Shown here: piece by piece, positions 27,839 to 41,110 of the stretch
Layout: the number at the start of each line of letters is the position of its first letter
How positions within the stretch are numbered: position 1 is the stretch's first letter
Assembly: GCF_024521635.1 (NCBI RefSeq)
Contig: NW_026250411.1
Location: forward strand, 1,054,001 to 1,118,000
Direction: 5' to 3'
Source of the DNA: Tricharina praecox
Lineage: Eukaryota
DNA length: 64,000 bases
The notes under the pieces: generated by a model
The model's database searches: none
The model's input: the letters and a program-made list of their open reading frames with translations, nothing else
What the model was told of the DNA's origin: nothing
Made by a program: the position numbers and the translations under genes

Positions 27839-28420
27839 ATCACATCCCAAACGGTTGGCTATCATCAATGTTCGCAACCAGGCAATCACCACAGCTCACG
27901 AACTGGCCGACTATGGCTTGTTTCTCCTCCGCCGTTCGGTCGGTGCGAACCATCTTCTGGGCAGGACCTTCCTCCAGCACAGGACTGGTCATAGGAATCT
28001 TAACCATAGGATGGAAATAAAGGGACTCGATGATCTTGAAATTGTACGGTGGTCAGTCCGATATGAATCCGAGTATTACACTACTAAGTAGTATTTGTGT
28101 ACAGCCTTACCAGACATGCCCACCTGCCCCCAGTCCGTTTTGCGCTGCCCACGACGACAAAGGCAATCACTCGTTCTTCACGGATGATTCAACCAGCTAG
28201 AAGGCTACCCACTGCAGCGAAGTTCTACAACTTGGGCGAGCTGTTCTTCACACGGAGAGTAGTGTGTAGGTGCCTTCTTCTACGCTCGAGCTGGTCATAC
28301 CGATTTTGTGGGTTGGAATAGAATATTATTCGAAGCGCCTTCTTCCATCCATCGTCACTCGCCATGGAACGCTTCTGAAACGCGCAACGGAGTTTACCCG
28401 CTGGACGCGCGTGCAATCAT
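27839..28420 (-). pseudogene. Possible decayed intron-containing gene fragment
   Basis: Canonical-looking intron (GTAAGG..CTGAC..AAG, ~28110-28035) followed by a 64-codon open terminal exon (IIESLYFHPMVKIPM...QPFGM*). The upstream frame is interrupted by stops. No family recognised. Confidence 0.25.
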
Positions 28421-29208
28421 CATAGCTCCGCCTAAATAGCTAGAGAAGCTCTCACGATCCCAAAGTCCGTTTCTACTACCTGGTAACATACCTATCTCCG
28501 GTTCTGTCCTCGTAGTAGTTATCTGTCATACAAAGTGTACCACCGTATTTCTGCCCCATCCGGACATCTCCTCTGCAATAATAGACACTCCACCGATTGG
28601 ATACCCATGTGCTGGGGCGGGGTGCAGTTTACGTGCAGTTTGCATGACGATATCATCAAAGATCCTCGTCGACTTTACCCTAGCAGATTGCTGGTAGATG
28701 TACCTACTCTAGTCTATGTACATAGCTGCACGACTAACTCGCTCGACTCTCCCCAACGATCTCTGCGCTCCCACCAGGCAGACATACGCGACGTGATATC
28801 GCACTGTCCGTCTCGATGGCCGCGAGAAATGTAGAAGAGTAGATCCAGGTATCGAGGCGGAGGTGTTCCGGTTAATGGACGTTGGTGCCGGACGGGAAGA
28901 TTGTACGCCTGACCGTCCCAGATGGCACGTGTAAGACTGAGACACGGTGATCGAGCTGCCCCGCTCTCTTGAAAGTCTGTAGCCTGGATAATACCACGCA
29001 ATAGAGCTCCGCGTGCCTATAAGATTCCCGCCTCCGCCACATGGCTCGAGACCTGAGAAAGCCATCGCTATCCATCTACTCCGTCTGCCTCCACTAGCCT
29101 TGACACTCCTCTGTCACGTCGAATCCAGAGCTCACTAGCTTCTCAAGCCACCTGTCGTCATCCCGCTATCTACACTTTCCCATCCCACCACCACACCCTC
29201 ACACAAGC

Positions 29209-30470
29209 ATGCCCAGTACGGAAACCGCAAGCCCACCGACTTCGAAGCTCCACATGAACAGCAAAGCGAGTGCTGCCGAGCGCGAGCCGGCCACGAACGG
29301 AACCACAGCGACAGCAAGCCGCGAGGCAGAGTTGGATTTCACGCTGCACCCCAACTGGAGTGCTGAGAAGGAGAAGGTAGCCGTCCAGAGCGCGTGCACC
29401 GTGTTCTGGAGCTCCTGGCTAACAATGATGGCGACGACAGATCCTACTCGGCCCATACGACTACCTCATTTCCTACCCCGGCAAAGATATCCGCAAGCAG
29501 CTCATAGCCGCGTTCAACGTCTGGCTACAGGTTCCCGAAGATGTGCTGGAGGTGATAGGAAACGTTGTGGGAATGCTGCACACCGCATCACTGCTGTGAG
29601 CTTCCCATCGTCGCCGTGTCTGCGGCCTTGTACTGATGAAACCTCCATCCAGCGTGGACGACGTAGAAGACAACTCGATCCTCCGCCGCGGCGTGCCTGT
29701 AGCCCACAGCATCTTCGGGGTCGCCCAGACCATCAACACCGCGAACTACGTGTACTTCCAGGCGCTTGCGGAGCTGGCAAAACTCAAGAACCCGGAATGT
29801 TTGACCATCTACACTGGTTCGTGCGCCTTCGCTTTCTGGAGATCTGATGGGAGGTGCTGACGGAGGGGATAGAGGAGCTCCTGAACCTCCATCGCGGCCA
29901 GGGTATGGAGTTGTTCTGGCGCGACAACCTCCGCTGCCCGACGACACAGGACTATCTCGAGATGGTCAGCAACAGTTCGTCACCTTACCTTTTTCCATCT
30001 TCGCACATGACTGACCCCTCGCAGAAACCGGCGGTCTCTTCCGTCTCGCCATAAAGTTGATGCAAGCCTGTTCGCCCACCTCCTCCGACTACGTCTCGCT
30101 CGTCGACTGCATCGGCCTAATCTTCCAGATCCGTGACGACTACATCAACCTGAAGTCGTCACAGTACCACAACAACAAGGGATTCTGCGAAGATCTCACG
30201 GAGGGGAAATTCTCATTCCCCATCATCCACGCGATCCACAAGGATCCGAGCAATATGCAGCTCCTGAATATTTTGAAGCAGAGGACCGAGAGCGAGGACA
30301 TTAAGAAATATGCGGTTGCGTATATGGATGAGAAGACAGGCAGCTTTGAGTACACGAGAGACGTCCTGCAGGCTTTGCATGTTAGGGCGACCGAGCTGCT
30401 GGACGGACATGGTGGGAATCATTATTTGGATCGCATTCTGGAGAAGTTGGTTGTGAAGAAGGGGGAGTGA
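29209..30470 (+). CDS. BTS1: Geranylgeranyl diphosphate synthase (Bts1/al-3 type)
   Basis: Exons 29209-29376, 29441-29595, 29653-29816, 29873-29974, 30025-30470. [31 protein letters not shown] (FARM), [43 protein letters not shown]. Confidence 0.95.
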
Positions 30471-30880
30471 TTGGAGGTCTACCCATACTATAGCTACGGG
30501 GTCGCTTATTCGTGGGATGATGGAATTGGATTGTACATATTCGGAGAGCTTGAGGAGTGATGATGATACTACCTATACTATACATGTACCTATTTATTTA
30601 CGAGGAAACACATGTAGATTTCTGCCATGAATACAATGTGTGCTTTCCGGGATCTTCTGCTTCACAAGGCTGCAGTACTGCGTCAAATTTCTCGGCATCC
30701 GGAACATTACGTGTGTGCAGGGACTAGCGAGTGATCCCCGGTGAAGGCCAAGTGTCCTTCCACGCGGCGCGGCTCCCAGCGAGAGCTTACCATGTCGAGT
30801 ACGTATCCAGAGAGAAGACACGCCGCCCGTCCTCCGGAGTTATCCCACAATCTCCCAATCGCCCACACAATACCGACACG

Positions 30881-32464
30881 ATGATTTTCCGCTCCCTCAC
30901 CAGCAGTCTGCTATGTCTCTCCCTCAGCATCTCGTTCGTCACAGCCGAATCGCTCACCGGTTTGAGATTACTGGTCGTCCTTGAAGATGCGGAGCTGAAG
31001 CCGCTGTACTCGAAGTTTTTGGGCGATCTTGAGGGTTCGTTCGCAATCGCAGTGGGCAGGATGGCGGAAGAAATGCTGACGGATTGAATTGTCTAGGCAG
31101 AGGCTATAAGGTCGACATCCAGTCGCCAAAGAACGAGGCGCTGTCGCTGTTTACGCACGGCCAGAGAGCTTACGACCATGCCATCCTGTTCCCGCCGAAA
31201 GCGAAAGGTCTCTAGACCTCCTCCTCCTTCCTGCCCCAGGCATTGACATGACTGACGTATCCCACTAGGCTACGGCCCCTCTCTCACCCCGCAAAAACTC
31301 GTCGACTTCGTGCACAAAGACGGCAACATCCTTCTTTTGACGTCGCCCTCCGGAACACCCGAGCAAGCGCGCGAGCTCGCGCGAGAACTCGACATCGACC
31401 TTCCGCCGCGAGACTTCCTCGCGGTGGACCACAGCAGCTACGACGTCGTCTCGGCCACAGAGTCGGGGAAGCACGACGTGATCCTGATCCCGCGGCCGGG
31501 CGTGTCAGATTCGACACAGAACTACTTCGCAGGCAGCTCGGGGGAGGGGGAAGGGGAGGTGATCGCTTTCCGTGGAACCGGGCACGGCTTGGGGAATCGC
31601 CCATTGTTGTTCCCCGTCCTGTCGGCGGGGAGAGCGGCGTATACCTATGACACTAAGGAGGACTTTGCGTACGCTGAGGAGCCGTGGACCGCTGGCAGGC
31701 AGATGCAGTATGTAACTGCCATGCAGGCGAGGAATAATGCGCGCGTGGTGGTCGCCGGCAGCACGGAGATGTTCTCCGATAAGTTCTTCGACATGATGGT
31801 TAAGGCGCCGAAGGCGGAGACGGAGGTGCACACCGCGAATAGGAAGTTTGCCGAACAGATCACTAGCTGGGTCTTCATGGAGACTGGCGTCGTCAGGGTC
31901 AATGCCGTCAGACATTACTTGACCAACACCACAGACGCGCAGGTCAACCCTAATGTCTACCGCGTCAAGAACGATATCGTACGTCCCCCCCTCCCGAAAA
32001 CCCGAGCACTGTCCAGCCATACTGATCCCCCTCCGCAGACCTTCGAAATCGAGCTCTCCGAGTGGTCGTCCACCCAGTGGAAGCCATTCACCGTGCCGAG
32101 CTCCGACCACCTCCAGCTGGAGTTCACCATGCTAGACCCATACTACCGGCTGCCGCTGCTCGCCTCCCCCTCGTCGTCGACGCCCACCTCGTCAGTCTAC
32201 GCGACCTCCTTCAAGGCGCCCGACCAGCACGGCATCTTCGCCTTCAAGGTGAACTACAAGCGCCCCTTCGTCACCTACATCGACGAGAAGTACACGGTGA
32301 CGCTCCGCCACTTCGCACACAACGAGTACACGCGCTCCTGGGACATCAGTGGTGCGTGGGTATGGATTGCGGGTATTGCTGCGACTATTGGTGGCTTCAC
32401 CGTGTTCTGTGCGCTCTGGCTGTATTCGGCGCCTACGGAGAGGGGGGTGAAGAAGACGCAGTAG
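30881..32464 (+). CDS. WBP1: Oligosaccharyltransferase subunit Wbp1 (OST48)
   Basis: Exons 30881-31034, 31097-31207, 31269-31978, 32039-32464. Signal peptide, MQARNNARV, LQLEFTMLDPYYR, PDQHGIFAFKVNYKRP, RHFAHNEY, C-terminal TM plus KKTQ ER-retrieval motif. Confidence 0.95.
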
Positions 32465-32757
32465 TTGTTAGACAAGGGTTTATGAGCTTCAACTTTGTTT
32501 TCTCGTTATAAATCAAAACGGCTGGTTTTTCTTTTGTGTATGATATCTTGCAATGGAGGGGGATTCTCCAGCGGGAGAGCCAGTGCAGTGCGATTAAACA
32601 CGGCCTAAACCAGTTATCCACGCGGAGTGACGCCTATGATTCATTCCCGATCGTCCCGCTCCCGTACTTCCCCAAGCAAATGTTGGTTGGGCATCTGTTC
32701 CGTCGGGGGACTTGTATCTATACATGGCTATCGTACATCTAGTGTCTGCTCTCCATC

Positions 32758-33811
32758 CTACCACCCACACACCGCTCTGACCCTCTTCTCATGCCCGACC
32801 AACGCCTTACACGCCCTAAGCCTCGTGACAACCCCCGCCTCAGCCCCATCCCACCTGACTCCCAGGACAAGATGTGTATACGCGAACACGGCGGCATCGA
32901 CCAACCCCGGCGCTTGCGCCCCGAAGAACCACTCATCACCGCCTAGTATCTCCTCGAGCGCCGCCCACGCCGCGTCGGCGTCGGCATACACCTCGTCGGC
33001 CGTCAGCACGCCGCTACGAGTGCGCGCTAGCTCTGCGGCGGCAGAGGAACGCATGCGCCGAGAGAGTAGTGCGTTAACGAGGGGGACGGCGGTATGGCAG
33101 TAGAGTGACTGGGCGAGCGGGAAGTGGAGTGGTGAGAGGTGGAGTGCGTAGAGCTACGGCATAGTTAGCCACACACACACAGACAGCAGCAGAGAAGGAG
33201 GAGGAGGAAGAGAAGCAGGAGAAGAACGTACCCACGCATCCCTGACCCTCGAGTCTACGAGCTCCATCACGGCGGCAACCTCTGGCGCTTGCAGGTCGCA
33301 GCCGGACTGGGGCCCCGCCCACGAGAGGAGCTGCCGTGCGGGGAGTGCCTTCCCCACCGCGCCCGCAGAGCCTCCAGCACTGGCGGCTGGGAGGAGGAAC
33401 GGTAGCTGCCCGGATGGCGACGCGTGGTTGCTTGAGGGGACGTTGGTGTATTCCACACCGCAAAATTTTAGGTACGCCTGGAGGTATAGTCAGCGCCCGG
33501 TGCTCGGGGAGGGGGGGGGGGGAGGGGGGAAGGGGGGGTAGTACCTGCCACTTGAGACAGCTCGGATTGAAGCTTGGCGCGTCTCGTCCTTCGGAGTCTG
33601 GGGCGGCAAAAACGTAGAGGCGCGGTAGGGGCGACGAGGTCAGATCCGGCGAGCGGGCGGGTAGTGCCGCTGGCGGGTACGTGAGCAGCGGGAAGGCATC
33701 GAAGAGGCGCCGGAGCACGGGCGGGATCGGGAGGAGCGATGGGCTGCTGCTGCTGCTTGTGCTTGTGCTTGTGCGGGGAGCTGATGGGGTGGGAGCTGGT
33801 GGGGTGGACAT
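32758..33811 (-). CDS. SAM35: Mitochondrial SAM complex subunit Sam35/Tob38 (metaxin-like, GST fold)
   Basis: Exons 33811-33545, 33477-33232, 33153-32758. LFDAFPLLTY, PSFNPSCLKWQAYLKF, SNHASPSGQLPFL, LEEILGGDEWFFGAQAPGLVDAAVFAYTHL. Confidence 0.85.
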
Positions 33812-34489
33812 GGTTATCGTACACACCGGGGAACGAGGGTTGGATATGGTGGGATGTGCATCGTGGTGGAGACGGGGTCATGTGATGTGGGGTAGTGTTA
33901 GTGCGATTGAGTTTGAACTTGGACTGCGAGTGATGGGCTATGTGTAGTGCTCTACATATGCGTTCTTGGCGCCTTCCACTCCCCCCACTCACTCAACGTC
34001 TTCATTTATAACTGGCCCGGTAGACTACTGCTTGAGCCAATGCTCATTCAAGTACCCTATCTACACCACCATAGCCGGCAGCGGCACTTCCTCTCCGTTC
34101 CGATACTAGCTGATACCTAGGTATATCCCGTGGACCGGAACGGCAAGAAACCACGAGTTCGAGAAACAGCAGATCCCTATTGCAGAACAAGGGGATGGGG
34201 GCGGCACAGGAATAGTGTCACGTTTTCCAGCCCTATCGTACTCCGGACCGAGACATGATGAGACGTTTCTTAATATACACCCGTCCACCCGTGCACCCGT
34301 GCACCCGTCCACGCACCCAGCGCATCCTTTCCTCGCCCCGTCAGTCCCGTCAGTCCCGTGTGCCATGTCTCCGTCTGTCTATGTTACAATGATTTGATTC
34401 GCGGTCAAGTATGTATGTATGTCTTTCCTCGCCGCTGTCACCTCCGTGCATCTGAATACCTAGGTACGTCACGGGAACAGAAGATGAAT

Positions 34490-35050
34490 TTATTTCCCCA
34501 TTCCCGCACCGCCACCCTGCATCATGGCCTGGTTCTGCTCCGCAAAGCGCTGGCCGAGGCGCTCGCTGGTCTTGAGGAACTTGTCGACGCAGCGGTTGAC
34601 ACACGTCTCCTCCTTCGTCGATACCGCCTTCGACGTGAAGTCGTTGATGCAGTCGTCGAAACATCTGTGCTTGTTAGGATGGATGTCCATGTGGATGTCA
34701 CAGCAGCGCGGGGTATATGCTATGGCTGCGAGGTACGGAGGGAGGGAGGGACGGTGAGGCACACCTTTGCACGAGGTTCGAGTACATCTGCATAGAACGA
34801 AGGTCAGCACACATCCGATAGATAGCTAAGCGGTGAACATCCGCCGCGCGTGCGGTCTGCCGACTTACCGTCATGAAATCCTTCATCTGTCGTCTCTCGA
34901 CGAGCTGCTGGAACTCGCGCTGTTCGTTGGCATTGAGGCTTGTGGTGTGTCAGTAGTGGGTGGCAATAGCGACGACGACTACGACGACGACTACTACGAC
35001 AGCGGGGTAGAGCGGATAGATAGGTGACGAGGTGAAGCTTACGATTCCAT
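34490..35050 (-). CDS. TIM9: Mitochondrial intermembrane chaperone Tim9
   Basis: Exons 35050-35043, 34938-34869, 34787-34765, 34664-34490 give [65 protein letters not shown] (twin Cx3C). Confidence 0.94.
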
Positions 35051-38000
35051 TGCAGCTAATGGCACGGGTTGAGAATTTCTAAGTAGAGGTGACGAATGCG
35101 CGGACGCGGCCCGAGAGGAGTATACGACGTTCCGGTTCGGATCGGAGGGGGCGGATGGCGAGAGTTGCGAGTTACGAGTTGCGAGTGGTGGTGGTGGTGG
35201 GTTGGTAGTGGTGACGATGATTACAAGTTTGTTTTCGGCACGCTAGGCAGAGGCACACCAGCCGAAACGAGCGGCGGGCGAAGGAGCTGGTGTTGCGACG
35301 GTTACCCTGCCGCAGAGGATTCCAGGGTCCTCCTGGCCTGGCCTACTCCGGCGAGCGGAGCGAAGGGGCGTTCAAGTCTTCGCTTGGTCGCGTTTATAGT
35401 CGAAGTCATAAAAATAGCAACGCCAGGCTCCAGCTGCACGGGTGTGGGTGGGAGCGGTGGATTCAAATTTCGAAGCTGTGGGGAGTTTTGTCCTCGTGGG
35501 GTTCTGCAGCTGGAGCGGACTGAGATCATGCTCCAGCCTCCGCCTCTACGATAACGAAGAGGTTGTTAGGAAGAAAATTTATATTGACCGTGATCGCGGA
35601 TCGCTTTCTGACGTCTCTGGTGGAAGATCTTTCCTTGGTTTCTTCCGTTCGACAAATGCGACCCAAACGGTCCATGCACTATAAACACCTGTTGGACAGG
35701 AATCAATATCGCGTATCCATGTCGACCTATAGAGCGCCGAGTAGCGTATGACCTGCAGAATGTCATGATGTTGGGAGGGGATAGTTATTGCTCTAAAAAA
35801 AAGGTGGTGGTGGAGGAGGTGGTGGTGGCGGTGGTGGTGGCATGTACCCTAGTGGAGGTGGTGGAGGTGGTGGGGGTGAACAAGGCCCTGACGCGTTCGG
35901 AGCTCCCACTCTAGCCCTGCACCCGCCAGCCAACCAGCCATCCAGCCAGCCAGCCCAGCCAGCCCAGCCAGCCCAGCCACTCGCCTTGTTCGTCGTCGGT
36001 TCGATTCGCTCTTGGTCCTTTAGCTCTTTCCAGACGGATCGAAGGAGACGGACCGACCCAGATATAGAGAATTGGCACCTATCTCGAGTACCGACTGTAG
36101 GTACCCAGGCAAGCAGGTCAGCACGAACTGATTACGAGCAGGTACCGATATCAGCTCTTTTATAACCAGATTCGAAGCCTACCGACTTCCTGTTCCTCTC
36201 CCCCCGTGCAAGTGCTCTAGGGGAGTCCCCTCCGACACCCTGCCTTGGAGCAGGAGTCACATTCGCATACAGTCCCAGTGCGGAATCCGAGTTCAGCATA
36301 GTGAGGGCCCAAAGGATCGGATCTGGATTGAATCGTCCACGCGCCCATCGATATGTGTCTCCGCTCTGTCTCAGGTCGAGAGGCGGGGGAACAACGTGCT
36401 CCGGTGCCTGCCAGCCTGCGAGCAGCGACACTGCCAGACTAAGACTGCCAGACTGCCAGTCGCCAGACCGCCAACCTGCCAGACCGCCAACCTACATACC
36501 GTACCGCTGTGTGCGCACAACGAAACCAGAAACACACTTTGGACGGTCTTGGATAGGGTGCTCGCAGTCTTACTGGCCGTGACAGTCCGTCGGCACCGCC
36601 GCGAAGGCAAAGTCGGCTTATGTAGAGTCCGCAGAGTGCGCAGCGTACGGTGGGGTGTGGGGCTACTGAACCTACGGAGCCCAGCTATCTACTGTACTCT
36701 GAGTCTAACACCTATAACTCAGCAGTAACTACTGTATTCTGAGTCGACTGCATCATGTCTATGCATACTCTGAGTCTACTATACCTGTCTACTGTATGCT
36801 GAGCAGCGGTTCTCACGGATACCGTCCGACAGCTCATAAAGCACTCTGCGGAGTATGGCCGAATCTCTCGTCCCCGAGAGGATATCGTCGTCGTGGTCAT
36901 GTCTTACGGTCTTTCTGGATCTCGAAGTCAAAGAGGCCATGAATATGATATGTACGTACTTACATACGTGAGCTAGCACGAAGTATTTTGGTCGTTCGGC
37001 TTCTTCGGTCTCACGGCCATACCGTAGACTCTTCGGTCTCACGTTACCCTATAGACCCGCCAGGTCCCTGAGTAAGAACGGAAACGTGTCTACCGTAGTC
37101 GTCCAGAAGGCTTACCTGTGCACCTCCATACCTATCTCTGACGCGCTCGTCTTTCGCCCCGTATTCTATATCTCCCTGTCTCTCTGTTCCCTTTTCGTTC
37201 CCGTTTCTATTCTCGTTCCATCCGGATTGTCCGTCTCGGTACCTACTTCTGCATACTCTGCTATACCGTACTCCTCAGCACTGTGTGAATGGTTATTCTT
37301 CATTCACTGGAGAGGGACACAGAGACAGACACAACCACAACCCACAAAACACGCCCAAACTCACACATTCCAGCTTCTTCCTCCTCTCCTTCCTCCCCGC
37401 TGCCTGCAGCCCACGGTCCCCCTGTAGGCCAGACTCTCCCTCCCCCTCTCCCCCTGGTCTCGCTATTCGCCCGTCCACTCCGGCCTCGCCATTCGATAGA
37501 ACGGACAACCTCCCCCATAAACTCGCCTCGCCTTGCCCTCCACCCCCCCCCCCCCCCCCACCAACACTGAGCACCTACTGCTGCCGCCTACCTACCACCA
37601 CCATCTACCATACAAACCTCCATACCGCTTCCACCCCCCCCAAACCAACTACTACCTTCTACCTGCTCTCGGCCACCCAACTGCATCCCCGGAGCAACAC
37701 AATAATCAAAATAATATCGCCCTTGCTTTTGGCTTCCGCCCTCTCTCTCAACTACACCTCTGCCAAATTACCACCGTCCACCACCCACCCCCGTCGCCAC
37801 TGCATAACTCGGCCACAACTCAACCCAACCCAACCTTCGCATCTCCACCAGCCAAACGAAACTGTGCGCGCTCTCCACGGTCATATTGCTGTATTCGGTC
37901 CGTTGCCTCCTCCATATTATCCTCCTCCCCCGTACCCCTCATCCACTATCCCCCTCCCCCCCCACACACAACCCCCGGTGCTCCTGCAAATTCTAGTCGG

Positions 38001-38377
38001 GAGCGCTGTTCCTTGTTTCCTCCCAGTGCAGGATCACGAACCGGTTCCATCTGCATCATCTCGCCTGCGCCGTTGCCATCTTATACGCCTGCCGTTCGCT
38101 ACCTACCTAGCTATTTTGACGCACCACAACCACCCCCCTCCCCTCCCCCCCCCAAGAACTCAACTTATTCTCCCGTGCCTTTCAATAGTACAGCTCCATT
38201 ATTTAACGCGCCCGCTTCGCTATCCCTATCATCCTACGCTTTCTCCTCCGAACGTGCGCTTACGCGGTATCCCGTCAACAAACGAAATACACGGCCCCAG
38301 CTCGTCTTCGCAACGAATCTCACGCATACGGGCGCAACGGGGGACTACGTAGTCGCCCGCTGCTCTGAAAGGGGGAT

Positions 38378-41110
38378 ATGACTATAGCGGACGTTCCTGG
38401 ACCCTCTGCCGCCGCCGCTGCTAATGCTGCCGCTGCCGCGAATGCCGGTATTCCGCCAAACTCGCCTCCTACAAAGGCGTCCCTGGCGAACTGGTGGGAA
38501 CGCTTCAAGAAGAAGACGAGAGATGATGAAAAGGGTACGGCCATCCTCGTGCGTTGTCGCCCACTCGCGACAACCCCTCGATGAAATCGCGGTGTTTCGT
38601 TAGGTGTTTCGGTGTCGCTAATGCCCTTCTAGAGCCCCGGGGCATCTTTGGCGTTCCATTGAATCAGAGCATACACTACGCAAACGTCGCGATCTCATTG
38701 ACCGCGCCCAACGGAAAGCAGTTCATCTACGGTTATGTGCCCATCGTGGTGGCCAAGTGTGGTGTGTTTCTGAAAGAAAAAGGTAGCGCCTTCCTCTCGT
38801 GATCCTCCGCGACTGCCCCCTTGTTGCCCAACGAACCCGACCGCTGACGGTACTTTGCTGCCCCCCATAGCCACCGATGTCGAAGGCATCTTCCGATTGA
38901 GCGGATCGGCAAAGCGGATCAAGGATCTCCAAACCACTTTTGATTCTCCCGACAAGTACGGAAAGGGTCTGGATTGGACTGGTTACACGGTGCACGATGC
39001 GGCGAACGTTCTGCGGAGATACCTCAACTGCTTACCGGAACCTATCATCCCGCTGGACTTCTACAACAGATTCCGGGACCCTTTGACGGTGCCGCCGCAG
39101 AAGTTTGATCACGATGAGGCCATCAGGGTCTATCAGAGTCTCATCTCCGAGCTGCCTCCTCTCAACCGGCAGCTTCTGCTGTATATCCTGGATCTACTGG
39201 CCGTGTTTGCGTCAAAGGCCGATCAGAACCGAATGACGGCAGAGAATCTTGCTGCCATATTTCAGCCTGGATTGATATCTCATCCCAGTCATGAGATGGC
39301 GCCTCAGGCATATAAGCTGTCGCAGGATGTGCTGGTCTTTCTGATTAACAATCAGGACCATTTCTTGCTTGGTATGCGGGGCAGAGACGAAATCGACCCG
39401 GCAGCCGAAATGGCCAACCCCACAACGCCCGTAATGCCCGTAACACCCGTAACGCCCACATCCCTCCGACACTCCAAGACGGTAGTCGATAGAACACCCT
39501 CAAACGCGAGCGCGGGTGCAGACGATGTCCGAAAGTATGGAGGTCTGAGAAGGAACGCGTCCGTCAGTTCCAGAAAATCAGGTGGTGGCGGCGGTGGCGG
39601 CGGTAGCGGCGGCGGTGGTGGTGGTGGCCAGGTGGCAAAATCCGGTGGTGTAAGTCGAAGCAACACCCTGCCATCCAGAAGGTCCCCTCGCCCTCGCCCT
39701 ACGGCGGGTTTCCGGCCTACGGATGGTTCCGTTTCTCCAAAGCCAACTGAATCAATAGGAACCGCGAGTACGGCGACAGCAGCAGGCAGACATGCGCGAT
39801 CGCCGTCTCCCGGACGCATGAGGGAGGAAGTGAGCCCGGTGGAAGCACGAAGACCGGAGAGTCTTGGATTGCTGTCGCCAAGGGAGCCCAGGTCCCGACA
39901 AGTTTCGGGGCAGTGGTCGCGTCACGGCTCGCCAGTAACGACACCCACCAAGGATCGTGGTTTCTCCAACCTTTTTGCACTTTCACCGGATAATGATAGA
40001 CCTCGGGGGAAGCTGCGGAAAAAGCGGAACCCCACGGAAGATAAGAACCCATCGGCGGAATCCTCATCGACATCACTGCCTCTTGCTGCGCCTGTTGCGC
40101 CCCTTGTCAGTCCAAGGGTATTGGAACAGCCGGCAGAAATAATCTCCGCCGCGCCTCGAAAATCAATCTCGCGGTCCACGCAGCCGTCGTCAGCGCCGAT
40201 CCCAAACAATGCTCAAGGTTTCTCGAGCGCAACGTCGACCTCCACGCTAATGCCCACCATGTCCCCTACGCCCTCGGCAACGTCCAGCGTGACTAGCCAG
40301 GATAGCAATCTCTCGTGTTCCGACGCGACTAACGCGTCGTCTCCCGACAAGAAGAAAAGATCAAGATGGCGGTGGTCAGCGTCAAAGGTTGAAATGTGGA
40401 ACCCGGGAAGTCCTACATTCGGAGGTTCGAACGCTAGCATAGCCGAACGGATGAGACGTACTTCACGAAGTCCCGATCGCACCGACCGCATGGATCGTAC
40501 AGATCGTACAGATCGCAAGGTTAGTAGCGAAGGCAGTGGCGATGACGGGTCCAACAAAGGGGGTCGGCTTGGGTGGTTGAAGAAGCGGACCGGGAAACGC
40601 TCGGATCAGGATGATAGGGACATCCCGATTCATGTCCAGGTCCAAACGCTCCCACCACCACAATACCCACACCCTGCGTCACCTCAGGTGCAACCGCCGA
40701 CGCCATCTTCACTGGGAAAACCGACGTCTCCCATCGTAGAGGCCGAGAATGAATTCGAAGAGGCTCGCCCAACAGGACCAATTCAGTCACCTGATGCCGA
40801 GCATCGGACACCTACGCAGCCGACAGGAGATGGGGAGATCCATAGGTCCACCGCAGTTTCACATCACACCAGCAGTTCAACGCCGAAAATGCTTGCCTCT
40901 AGCCCCGGTGAATCGCCTGGCACTTCTCCTGACTCCGACGTCACACCGAAAGCCACAGCAGGACATTCCCCGCATACGGACTATGGTCCACCGCTAGCAT
41001 CACCACAACTAAAACCATCAGATCAACTTCCTCCTCTTCCCGTCATGCCACATCAGTCGAACGGCCACGGGGTATCAACTACCGCGGATAATCCAGCACC
41101 AATGCGGTAG
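38378..41110 (+). CDS. SAC7: Rho GTPase-activating protein, Sac7/Bag7 type
   Basis: Exons 38378-38534, 38633-38782, 38871-41110. GIFGVPLNQSIHYANVAISL, YGYVPIVVAKCGVFLKEKATDVEGIFRLSGSAKRIKDLQ (arginine finger), HDAANVLRRYL, NRMTAENLAAIFQPG; long disordered C-terminus. Confidence 0.92.

Noticed and set aside
29209..30470. GGPP synthase as the core of a terpene biosynthetic cluster
   Set aside because: No cyclase, P450 or prenyltransferase neighbours; flanked by RPL3 and WBP1, so it is likely the primary-metabolism copy.
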